Assembly: GCA_036475815.1 (NCBI GenBank)
Contig: JAZGAL010000090.1
Location: 1,613 to 65,612, forward strand
Reading direction: 5' to 3'
DNA length: 64,000 nt
DNA from: Gemmatimonadota bacterium
Lineage (GTDB): Bacteria; Gemmatimonadota; Gemmatimonadetes; Palauibacterales; KS3-K002
A model generated the notes under the pieces. That model made no database searches and was not told where the DNA came from. It saw only the letters and a program-made list of their open reading frames with translations. The translations under genes and the position numbers were made by a program. Shown piece by piece: positions 45,186-53,620 of this stretch (position 1 is its first letter; every line of letters begins with the position of its first letter).

Positions 45186-46317
45186 GTCCGTCCTGGTCTT
45201 TCGCAAGCGGCTGCTGAGCTACTCCGAGACGTTCATCGCGGCTCAGGCGAAGAGCCTTCGATCGCTGGAACCGGTATTCGTGGGATTCAAGAAGGATCGC
45301 ACCGGGTTCGACTATCTCGGTGGCTCGCCTATCCTGCTTCACTCGGAGCTGGCCCGCAGCGCCAGGCTCTCCCGGACTCTGATGCGACTGAACGGACGTG
45401 TCAGCCCCCGCTGGCTGCGCGCCATGGCCTCGACGAATCCGGCTCTGCTTCATGCGCACTTCGGGCCCGATGCGCTAGCCGCACTCCCCATAACCGATCG
45501 ACTAGGGATCCCACTCGTCATCACGTTCCACGGTTTCGACATCACCAAGAGCTATTCGCGCAGTCGCTACGTGAGGCTGAGACCTCGCATCTTCGCGAAG
45601 GCGGCTCTTATCCTGGCGGTTTCGCGATTCATCCGCGACCAGTTGATCGCCAGGTCATGCCCGCCCGAGAAGATCGTTATCCACTACATCGGTATTGACG
45701 TCGATCAGTTCTCTCCTGCGCCGGATCTGGAACGCCAACCTCGGGTTCTCTTCGTGGGCCGCCTGGTGCCGAAGAAAGGCCTGGAGTATTTGATCCGCGC
45801 CATGGCTCGCATCCAGGATCGACATACGGACGCAGATCTCGTCGTTGTCGGCGATGGGCCGCTGCTCCGGGAGCTGAAGCGCCGCGCCGGCTCGGAGCTG
45901 CGAAGGTTCCGCTTCCTGGGCCGCCGGTCCCCGGCCCAGGTGCGTGCCCTGCTGAACTCGGCGCAGGTATTCTGCGTGCCCAGCGTCGTCACTTCGAGCG
46001 GTGACGCCGAGGGCTTGGGAATGGTCTTCCTGGAGGCCCAGGCGATGGGGCTACCGGTCGTCAGCTTCGCATCGGGCGGCATCCCCGATGCGGTCGTCGA
46101 TGGCGTGACGGGTCTTCTCGCACCCGAAAGAGATGTGAGCGCGCTGGCCGCTCATCTCGACCGGCTGCTGGGCGATCCAGAGCTTCGGCGGCGCATGGGA
46201 GAGGCGGGGCGCGCGCATGTATCTGAGCGCTTCGATATCAGGAAGCAGACAGCCCGGCTGGAGGAGATCTATAACAACGTGCTGGCGGCACCGGCCGGCG
46301 TGACCAATCGCGGTTAG
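45175..46317 (+). CDS. glycosyltransferase family 4 (GT-B, GT1-type domain)
   Basis: FVGRLVPKKG and EGLGMVFLEAQAMGLPVV (E-x7-E). Overlaps the upstream hydrolase gene by 11 nt. Confidence 0.85.
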   Translation: MKGKSVLVFRKRLLSYSETFIAAQAKSLRSLEPVFVGFKKDRTGFDYLGGSPILLHSELARSARLSRTLMRLNGRVSPRWLRAMASTNPALLHAHFGPDALAALPITDRLGIPLVITFHGFDITKSYSRSRYVRLRPRIFAKAALILAVSRFIRDQLIARSCPPEKIVIHYIGIDVDQFSPAPDLERQPRVLFVGRLVPKKGLEYLIRAMARIQDRHTDADLVVVGDGPLLRELKRRAGSELRRFRFLGRRSPAQVRALLNSAQVFCVPSVVTSSGDAEGLGMVFLEAQAMGLPVVSFASGGIPDAVVDGVTGLLAPERDVSALAAHLDRLLGDPELRRRMGEAGRAHVSERFDIRKQTARLEEIYNNVLAAPAGVTNRG

Positions 46318-47261
46318 TGATGCGGCTCGCTCGATTGCGGCTCCGACCCCGCACCGGCCTGCGGCCTGACGGGTAAGTCGGTGCGGAACTGCGTCTCGCT
46401 GTGTCTGTCGAGCCCGTACTCCGTTCGCGTGCGGCGGGTCCTCCGGGTCTCCGCGCGCAACTCGGCGTTGCGTCGCAACCCTTCCTCGCCGATGTATCCC
46501 CGTGGGTGATCGAGATGGACGACGACCGCGCGATGACGGATCTGAAGTCCTCGTATACCTGCGTTCTCGAGTCGTTCGCCCAACTCCCGGTCCAGGCCGC
46601 CCCAGCCCATTCGCTCGTCGAAGCCGTTCACCGCGAGTATGTCCTCCCTCCAGGCCGAGGAATTGTGGCCGTTCCATGTGGCCCGGGTGGGGGTCACGGC
46701 GTCGAGGAACGGGCCCAACCGCGGTCCCGCCAGTAGCTTGAGCACCTTCTTCGTTGGCCTGAGCCCCTGGCTGCGCATCCAGGTCAGATCCGTCGCCTGA
46801 CCCGCCAGGATGTGCTCACGACTGATCGCCTTGCTGATCGCCATGGGCAGCTTGAAGTAACCGCCGGACAGGAAACGGCCCGGCCGGTGCAGCTCCCGGT
46901 GCCGGGCGAGAAAATCGCGGCGCGGGATGCAGTCGCCGTCCGAGAAGACCAGATAGTCGCTCGATGACGCCAGGATGGCTTTGTTGAGGATCTCGCACTT
47001 GCGGAAGCCGCGGTCTTCGTGCCACACGTGTACGATCTCGAGCTCGGTCTCGTCGCGCACGCGATCGATCACCGCACGGGTCTCGGGGCCGGAGCCGTCA
47101 TCGGCGATCACGATCGTGAAGTCCGACATGTCTTGCGCCGCGTATCCCCAGAGCACCTTTTCCAGCCACTCGGGAGAGTTGTAGGTGCACAGGATCACGG
47201 ACAGACTCGTGCTCAACGGGCCGGCTCCAGCATTGGGGGTCATTGTGGCTGCGACGAACAA
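46314..47261 (-). CDS. glycosyltransferase family 2 (with galactosyltransferase-type C-terminal region)
   Basis: LSVILCTYN, VIADDGS and FSDGD (DxD). In-frame TTG 47261 is preceded by GGGAGGGG at ideal spacing; ATG 47243 is the alternative start. The track ORF extends spuriously to 47606. Confidence 0.8.
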   Translation of the reverse strand: MFVAATMTPNAGAGPLSTSLSVILCTYNSPEWLEKVLWGYAAQDMSDFTIVIADDGSGPETRAVIDRVRDETELEIVHVWHEDRGFRKCEILNKAILASSSDYLVFSDGDCIPRRDFLARHRELHRPGRFLSGGYFKLPMAISKAISREHILAGQATDLTWMRSQGLRPTKKVLKLLAGPRLGPFLDAVTPTRATWNGHNSSAWREDILAVNGFDERMGWGGLDRELGERLENAGIRGLQIRHRAVVVHLDHPRGYIGEEGLRRNAELRAETRRTRRTRTEYGLDRHSETQFRTDLPVRPQAGAGSEPQSSEPHH

Positions 47262-47301
47262 ACTACCCCTCCCGATGGCCAGCGCCGCTTCTTCCTTGCG
47301 C

Positions 47302-47776
47302 TCATCCGAAATATCGGCGCTCGCCGCGAAGTGCTTGAGGTCCAGGTAGAAGCCGATCGTGTAAGAATCCCAGGCCGGGTAACGCGATGAACATAACGGA
47401 CGGCCCCAGCGCGAAGAGTTCCTCGCGCCAGGCGATGCGTTCGTCCAGCGCCTGCTGAAACTCGTCCCCAGAGATCCCGGACGCCTCCCACGCGCGCGCG
47501 CCGCGCGATACTCGAGGGCGAGTAGTAGTCGGCGAAGCTGCCCATCGGGAAGAGGAGCAGCAGGTCCCACTGATCGCCCTGGCTGTGCCGCATGATGAAC
47601 GGACACTCGCCCGCAGCTTCGTAGGTGGGCATCTGGTCCCGGTACAGATCGATGACCTCGAGCAAGGCACCGGGCGCCGCTCTCACGAGCAGCGTTCTGT
47701 AGAGGTAAGCGTCGCGTGCATCGGGTACCTGGACCATTAGAGCGATTAGAGGGATGGCTAGGAGTAGCTGGAACAT
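47302..47776 (-). pseudogene. small secreted/anchored protein, frame-disrupted at a (CG)n tract
   Basis: A good RBS (GGGAGA) precedes MFQLLLAIPLIALMV...FIMRHSQGDQWDLLLLFPMGSFADYYSPSSIARR in frame A. The protein-like continuation AWEASGISGDEFQQALDERIAWREELFALGP is in a second frame after GCGCGGCGCGCGCGCG (about 47498-47513). A third frame carries AWDSYTIGFYLDLKHFAASADISDERKEEAA. Confidence 0.4.
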
Positions 47777-47797
47777 GGTGGTCTCCCGAATTGAGGC

Positions 47798-48553
47798 CTA
47801 ACTGCGGGTGACGACGCTCACCAAACGATCGGGCGATAGGTGTGACATCAGTACGACCCGGTCGAAACGGCCGGTGAGATCGAGGGCACAGCGGGCCGTC
47901 TCAAGTGCGGCTGCTTCCAGCTCGGAATCGTCGACCATGTTTATGACCGGCACCACGGTCGCGCTTCCGGTTCCTTTCAGAGCGCCCTGCTCGTGGGTCA
48001 GCAAATGCGCGACATGAGATGGGGTCAAAGGCTCGCCGATGCGCGCGCCCGTTACGTCTTCGACGCGATGCGGCCGGTGGGCGATCTCCTCGGACAACGG
48101 TTCGCCGATCGCCTTGGCCGAGACCACCGGAACCACGGTGGTCGCCCCCTCCGGCAGCAACGGCTCGTCGCCCTCCGGCGCTTTGATCCAGCGCATGCGG
48201 GCACCGTCACACTTCACGAGCACCACGTCGAATCGCGCCGCGGCCTGGATCTCGGCGATCAGATTCGGGGCCAGTCCGCCGTAGCGGGCTTTCTTCACAT
48301 CCGGATGGGCGAACGCGACCAGACGGTGCGTCGACGCGCTCCTTGCCACGGCCTCGACGATCCCGTCCGGGCCCGCGATGACCTCGTGGGCGCCCAGCGT
48401 GCTCGGGAAGTGAGCCATGGGCACGGTCGAAGTCAGCCCCACGCGACCCGGGTGCAGGCTGGCCAGATAGTGGAGCGTCGTCTTCTTGCCACCGGCCCCC
48501 ACCGCGCAGACAGTACCGGAACGAGCAGCCAGAAGGTCGAGCAGGTCGGACAT
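47798..48553 (-). CDS. YqeC-like P-loop protein (putative selenium-dependent hydroxylase accessory protein family)
   Basis: 251 aa. N-terminal VCAVGAGGKKTTLHYLA, central VLVKCDGAR, overall YqeC/TIGR03172-like layout. Assignment is from memory of the family pattern. Confidence 0.6.
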   Translation of the reverse strand: MSDLLDLLAARSGTVCAVGAGGKKTTLHYLASLHPGRVGLTSTVPMAHFPSTLGAHEVIAGPDGIVEAVARSASTHRLVAFAHPDVKKARYGGLAPNLIAEIQAAARFDVVLVKCDGARMRWIKAPEGDEPLLPEGATTVVPVVSAKAIGEPLSEEIAHRPHRVEDVTGARIGEPLTPSHVAHLLTHEQGALKGTGSATVVPVINMVDDSELEAAALETARCALDLTGRFDRVVLMSHLSPDRLVSVVTRS

Positions 48554-48562
48554 GGGCCGGGC

Positions 48563-49636
48563 CTATCGATCTTCGACGACAGAAGCCTGCACGGAGAGGA
48601 TGCGCGGCAGAAAGCCAGCGATGATCGCCCAGCTGTCGCCGCCGTCGCGGCTGGCGAAGAGGTGTCCACTGGAGGTCCCAAAGTAGACGCCACAGGGATC
48701 GAGAGCGTCAGTGTCGATCGCTTCACGCAGAATCGTCACGTAGGCGTTCTTCTGGGGCAAGCCCCGGGTGAGTGGTCGCCAATCCAACCCGGCGTTGCGG
48801 CTGCGGTAAACCGTGATCGCGCCGCCCACCGTCGTCCGTACGTGGCTGCTTTCTTCCGGTATGACATAGACCGTGTCGGCGTCGTTCGGGTCGGTGGCGA
48901 TAGCGTAGCCGAAGTCGCTGGGCAGACCTTCGCTGATCTCCGTCCAGTTCGCGCCGCGGTCGTCGCTGCGGTAGGTGCCCGTGTGGCCTTGCCGGTACAG
49001 GCGGTCGGGCTGCGCCGGGTGCAGTACGACACGGTGCACGCAGTGGCCGCTCTCCGGCCGCGTCTCGGCGAGGTAATCAGCCCGTGCCCCGCGGTTGGCC
49101 GGAGTCCAGGTTCCGCCGCCATCGTCAGATCTGTATAGGCCGCCGGCGGACACTGCCGCGTAAACACGTGCGGCTTCACGAGGATCTATGTGGATGGAAT
49201 GGAGGGCGAGGCCACCCTTGGCCGCCTGCCAGGTATCACGGCTGGGGTGCTCGTTCAGTCCGCGGACCGGCTCCCAGCTCATGGCGCGGTCACGGGATAC
49301 GAACAGGCCGGCGGGCTCGATGCCCGCGTAGACGGTCTCCGGCTCTTCGCTATGGCCGGGGGCGAGGTACCAGATGGCCGTCAGCCTTCCGGAGCCGTCA
49401 GCAGGCTCGTGGTGCGGCACCTCGGGTAGCAAGTCCCAGGTGCGGCCGCCGTCGCTGCTGCGGTGGATGTGGACGCCCCAGACCATGTGGCGCACGGCGG
49501 CATACGCGGTACGGCGGTCTCGCGGATCGAGGATCGCATGGTAGACCTCGTAGCCAGCCAGATGTGGCCCCTCGAGAAGCCATTCGCGCCGGCTGATGTC
49601 CGAGGCGACGGAAAACAGGCCCTTCCTGGTGCCCAC
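48563..49636 (-). CDS. BNR/Asp-box repeat protein (sialidase-like beta-propeller), no signal peptide
   Basis: Five Asp-boxes: SSDGGRTW, SRDRAMSW, SDDGGGTW, SDDRGANW/SRNAGLDW and SRDGGDSW. 357 aa. Confidence 0.8.
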   Translation of the reverse strand: MGTRKGLFSVASDISRREWLLEGPHLAGYEVYHAILDPRDRRTAYAAVRHMVWGVHIHRSSDGGRTWDLLPEVPHHEPADGSGRLTAIWYLAPGHSEEPETVYAGIEPAGLFVSRDRAMSWEPVRGLNEHPSRDTWQAAKGGLALHSIHIDPREAARVYAAVSAGGLYRSDDGGGTWTPANRGARADYLAETRPESGHCVHRVVLHPAQPDRLYRQGHTGTYRSDDRGANWTEISEGLPSDFGYAIATDPNDADTVYVIPEESSHVRTTVGGAITVYRSRNAGLDWRPLTRGLPQKNAYVTILREAIDTDALDPCGVYFGTSSGHLFASRDGGDSWAIIAGFLPRILSVQASVVEDR

Positions 49637-49732
49637 AAGTAGGATGACGCGTGACTCTTCGGAGCTGGGTATTCCGCACCTCCTGAAGCTGGGCGGCCTT
49701 CAAGCGTGGATCGAGCCTTAGAGAAGCGATCG

Positions 49733-49762
49733 CTCTCACTCTCACTCTCACTCTCAATCTCA
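49733..49762. repeat. hexanucleotide microsatellite (CTCTCA)4 plus one imperfect unit
   Basis: Read directly as ctctca ctctca ctctca ctctca atctca. It lies 97-126 nt upstream of the BNR gene start, on the minus strand as (TGAGAG)n. Confidence 0.9.
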
Positions 49763-49957
49763 ATAAATAGTCTTGGGACGCACTGAACAAGAGAAGGGCT
49801 AACTCGGGGTGGCGTTGAGAAATGATACCGTCGCCCTCGTCCGGCACGCCCGCGATCGGGGAGACAGGACCGAGGTACAGCCCGCACTCGATCGTGATCA
49901 GCTGACGGGTTGCCCTGGCACTCCAGCCGTTACCGGAGATCTCCGCAATCTCGAGCG

Positions 49958-50059
49958 TCACCCGCGGGGTCGTGTTCGGGTGATCACGGCCAGCAGGCCG
50001 ATCACGGTCACCACGACCAGGAGCTCGACAAGCGTGAAGCCCAATACACCGCGCTTCAT
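49958..50059 (-). pseudogene. type IV pilin/pseudopilin N-terminal remnant (33 codons)
   Basis: MKRGVLG|FTLVELLVVVTVIGLLAVIT then RTRPRG*. The class-III signal and hydrophobic helix are canonical, but the ORF stops after 33 aa. The only downstream open frame runs into the BNR gene without a plausible pilin globular domain. Confidence 0.5.
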
Positions 50060-50402
50060 CTTTCGAATCCTGGGCGGGGTGTGTACTCTCGGGCGGTGTT
50101 CCATCTTTCGGGCCGGCTCCTCTGAAGCTACAACTGCATGCGGTCCGAGCCTGCTACACCGCCGAGATAATGGGCAAGCTCTATACCCGCATGCTGTTTT
50201 TGTCTAACCTTAGTCAGTACAACCAGTTGGGTTGGATGTAAGCTAGCTTTCACGGAGACCGGTTGCGCATTCTGCAACGAGATTCGGCGGAGCGGAAAAC
50301 GGCTGGCTCGGCACCGGTGTGCAAGGGATGCGGGAGTAGGCGTCTTCCTGTTGGGTGGGGACCTCCCGCCGCAAGAGTCTTTGGAATTTCAGGAGGAAGA
50401 TC

Positions 50403-51629
50403 ATGAAGGGACCGAGAGCGTTTGCTACGGTAGCGGTGCTCGCGGCGCTGTGCCTGGGTGCCGCATCCATCAATCGAACCGATGGGGGAGCCGGCGGTGG
50501 GGAGAGCCGGCCGAGTCTCACGATCTACGCCGGCAACATGGCCCTGGTTCGCCGGGATCTGGATCGAGTCATCACACCCGGCATTCACACCGTTCGCATC
50601 GATGGACTTCCGACCAACATCGACCCTTCCAGCCTGATCGTGTTGAACGAGGGGGTGACGTTGCTGGGTGCGCACGGTTTTCGGAGTTATCAGGACGCCG
50701 CCTCCGGCTCGGGTGCGTCCATGGATCTCGATCTGGAAGTGGAACGCCAGGTAGAGAGACTGCAGCTTGCCTTTCTGACGACCGGACTGAACTGGTCGGC
50801 CGACTACTCGATGGTGATCGCGCGGGATGACGCTTCGGCGCGGGTCGATGGATACGCGACGCTGGTGAACGGGTCGGGCACCGGCTACGAGGATGCGGAG
50901 GTACAATTGCTGGCCGGAACAATCCAGCGGGGAGGCCGAGGGCGATTCGAGGCCGCCGACTTTCGCGCGCTCGCCATGGAAAGGGATGACGTCGCGCCGC
51001 GATTTCAGGAAGCGGCTTTCGGCGACTACCACCTCTACACGATTTCCACGCCGCTGTCGCTACGGGCGGGCGAGTCACGACGCATCCGGCTGGTGGGCGC
51101 TGCGTCGGTGAAGACGCACAAGGAGTACATCTTCAGCAACAGCGTGGCCTATCACCAGCAGTACCCAGAACCGCTAACCCGGCCCGTGAGCGTCGGCTAC
51201 CGAATCGAGCGACCGCAAGGGACGGAGCTGGGCGATGTGCCACTGCCCGGCGGTCAGGTGAGGATGTTACAGCGAGATGAAGCCGGTCGCATCCAGCTGC
51301 TCGGCATCGCTACGATCGCGAACACGCCTGAGGGCGAGGATTTGCGGCTGGGTACAGGCTTCGCCTTCGATATCGTTGGCACGCGGACTCAGACGGACTA
51401 CAAGCGGCCCGGCAACGGCGTGTACGAATCGGCGTGGAAGATCGAGCTGAGGAACAAGAGCGACTCCGATGTGACCGTACAGGTGATCGAGCAACTGAGC
51501 GGAGATTGGCGTATCGTGGAATCGACTCACCGTTCTGAGAAGTTGTCGGCGGGCGCTGCGCGTTTTCAGCTGGACGTGCCTGCCGGTGGTGAAGCGACGC
51601 TGGAGTACAGGATTCAGGTTCGCAGCTGA
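50403..51629 (+). CDS. DUF4140/DUF4139 domain protein
   Basis: AGGAGGAAG SD, signal peptide, N-terminal LTIYAGNMALVRRDLDRVITPGIHTVRIDGLPTNIDPSSLIV, and C-terminal ...TLEYRIQVRS, typical of the family. Confidence 0.75.
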   Translation: MKGPRAFATVAVLAALCLGAASINRTDGGAGGGESRPSLTIYAGNMALVRRDLDRVITPGIHTVRIDGLPTNIDPSSLIVLNEGVTLLGAHGFRSYQDAASGSGASMDLDLEVERQVERLQLAFLTTGLNWSADYSMVIARDDASARVDGYATLVNGSGTGYEDAEVQLLAGTIQRGGRGRFEAADFRALAMERDDVAPRFQEAAFGDYHLYTISTPLSLRAGESRRIRLVGAASVKTHKEYIFSNSVAYHQQYPEPLTRPVSVGYRIERPQGTELGDVPLPGGQVRMLQRDEAGRIQLLGIATIANTPEGEDLRLGTGFAFDIVGTRTQTDYKRPGNGVYESAWKIELRNKSDSDVTVQVIEQLSGDWRIVESTHRSEKLSAGAARFQLDVPAGGEATLEYRIQVRS

Positions 51630-51761
51630 GGGCGTCAGCGGCGCCGGGCCGCCCGACCCGCACCTCATCAGAAGGGAACGGTGAGCGCCCGGCGGCGTTC
51701 TTGTGTTTGGACCGCGGCCCCGCGGCCCCGGGTTTTGAGGCAGGTTTTCTGGGAGTCGAGG

Positions 51762-52223
51762 ATGAACGTACTGCATCCGTTGTTCGTGCACTTGCACATC
51801 GCCTTTCTGCTGATGGCCTTTCTGGCTATGGCCTACTGGCTGGTAAAGGGGCTGGGCTCGTCGGTGTTCGACGACAAGATCTACCGTTTTGCCCGCGTCT
51901 GTACGCAACTGGGTGTCTTCTTCATCGTGCTCTCCATGCTGGCCGGCGTCCGTGATGGGTTTCACGGGACCATCGCGAGTTTCAAAGGGTCGCACGGTGG
52001 ATGGCTGATGACCAAAGCAACGCTGGCCACGATCATGCTGGGCGTCTACGGGCTCTTCCTCTACTTCAGCGGCAAGAAACCCCGCTACCTGCAGGAGGAC
52101 CCTCGCATCCTCGCGTGGTGCCTGGTAACTCAAGTCATGGGAATCATGCTGATGATCGCGATCACGACGATCGGAACGATGCTTGTGTATTTCAGGGTAT
52201 CGCTTCCGAGGTTCAGCCTGTAG
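51762..52223 (+). CDS. four-TM membrane protein (DUF2231-like by eye)
   Basis: MNVLHPLFVHLHIAFLLMAF... with four hydrophobic helices. It ends 4 nt before the NDH-2 start. Confidence 0.5.
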   Translation: MNVLHPLFVHLHIAFLLMAFLAMAYWLVKGLGSSVFDDKIYRFARVCTQLGVFFIVLSMLAGVRDGFHGTIASFKGSHGGWLMTKATLATIMLGVYGLFLYFSGKKPRYLQEDPRILAWCLVTQVMGIMLMIAITTIGTMLVYFRVSLPRFSL

Positions 52224-52227
52224 TCGC

Positions 52228-53493
52228 GTGGGACCGCGCATCGTCATCGCCGGTGGTGGCTTCGGCGGCTTTTACGCCGCGCTGTATCTAGCGCGTTCAC
52301 CCGATCGACCGCGTGACACCACCATCACGCTGCTCGACAGGAAGAACTTCTTCACCTTCACGCCGCTGCTTGCCGAAGTGGCGAGTGGCTCCCTAGGCCG
52401 GGAGCACGTGACGCAGCCTTACCGCGTCTTCACCGCAAAGAACGATTTCGACTTTCTTCAAGCTAGCATCGAGTCCATCGAGGTGGAGAAGCAGGAGGTT
52501 GTCACCAACATAGCGCGCGTACCGTATGACTATCTCGTGCTCGGCTTGGGCGGTGAGCCCCGTTACTTCGGGATGCAGGATGTCGAGCGGGCGGCGATGC
52601 CCTACCAGACGGTCCGACACGCCCTGGCGTTGCGCGACCGCGTCGTCGGTCTCATCGAACGTCTTCAACACACTGCGGATCAGGCCGCCGGCCAAGCCAT
52701 GATGAGCTTCGTCATCGCCGGCGGCGGCCCCGCCGGCGTGGAGGTCGCGGCCGAGCTCAGGCATCTGCTCTGCGAGGTTGCGCCCCTCTACTACAAGATG
52801 AACCATCCTCCCCGGATCGTGCTGGTCGAGTCGGGTCAGGAGATCCTGGCGCAGTTCGATGCCGAGCTGGCGCGGGAGGGTCACCGCGTGCTGAAGGAGC
52901 GAGGCATCGAGGTCAACGTGGGCGTCCGGGTGAATGGGTACGAGAATAGGGAGGTCGCCCTGTCGAACGGTCAGCGCATTCGGGCCGACACGCTCATCTG
53001 GACCGCCGGCCTGGCGCCGAGCCGGGTCGTGCGCGAAAGCGGACTGCCGCTGGTTGACGGCGGGGGGGTGGAAGTGGACGAGTACCTACGAGTGCGCGGG
53101 CACCCCGAAATCTACGCGATTGGCGACTGCAACCACATTGTGAACCAGCGGACAGGGCGGCCCTACCCGAAGGTGGCGCCCATCGCCATCAACCAGGGAA
53201 TCCGCGCCGCCGGGAATATCGAGAACGACATTGTGGGCCGCCCGCTCGAGATCTACGAGGCGCACTACGCCGGAAAGATCGTTTCGCTGGGAGCCGGCCG
53301 GGCGCTGGTGGAGACCCTGGGCCTGCGCTGGAAGGGGCGACCGGCCTGGTGGCTGTATCGCCTGGCCTACCTGATGAAGCTGGTCGGAGCGCGGCCCAAG
53401 GTTCGAGTGGCGGTGACACTGGCTATGAACCGTCTCTTTGCGCCCGATCTGAGCCACGAGCGTCTTGCCGGTGAGGCGCTGCCCGGGGAGTGA
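52228..53493 (+). CDS. ndh: type II NADH:quinone oxidoreductase (NDH-2)
   Basis: GTG 52228. Two dinucleotide-binding motifs (RIVIAGGGFGGFY and FVIAGGGPAGVEVAAEL) and IYAIGDC. Confidence 0.9.
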   Translation: MGPRIVIAGGGFGGFYAALYLARSPDRPRDTTITLLDRKNFFTFTPLLAEVASGSLGREHVTQPYRVFTAKNDFDFLQASIESIEVEKQEVVTNIARVPYDYLVLGLGGEPRYFGMQDVERAAMPYQTVRHALALRDRVVGLIERLQHTADQAAGQAMMSFVIAGGGPAGVEVAAELRHLLCEVAPLYYKMNHPPRIVLVESGQEILAQFDAELAREGHRVLKERGIEVNVGVRVNGYENREVALSNGQRIRADTLIWTAGLAPSRVVRESGLPLVDGGGVEVDEYLRVRGHPEIYAIGDCNHIVNQRTGRPYPKVAPIAINQGIRAAGNIENDIVGRPLEIYEAHYAGKIVSLGAGRALVETLGLRWKGRPAWWLYRLAYLMKLVGARPKVRVAVTLAMNRLFAPDLSHERLAGEALPGE

Positions 53494-53521
53494 GCGATTC
53501 GACATTGCCCGGGATTCGCCG

Positions 53522-53551
53522 TTGACAGGCACGCGCATAACCGCATATTTA
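53522..53551 (+). promoter_or_regulatory. candidate sigma70 promoter for rpsU
   Basis: TTGACA (53522-53527), a 17-18 nt spacer and ATATTT/TATTTA (53545-53551), about 70 nt upstream of rpsU. Confidence 0.4.
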
Positions 53552-53620
53552 TAGGCTTCCCAGGGGGATTCTGGTCCTGCGGACGCCGCATCAGGGGCCA
53601 GGAACTGACAAAGGAGAGTA

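Noticed and set aside
50055-50080. A TTCGAATCC string resembling a tRNA T-loop.
   Set aside because: The flanking bases do not form a T-stem, and no acceptor or anticodon arms can be drawn. The string begins just 3 nt upstream of the pilin remnant's start codon.
50170-50241. A 23-codon ATG ORF (MGKLYTRMLFLSNLSQYNQLGWM) lies in an AT-rich patch between the pilin remnant and the DUF4139 gene.
   Set aside because: It has no convincing RBS, and its codon usage is unlike the surrounding genes. The AT-rich patch is more simply explained as divergent promoter DNA.
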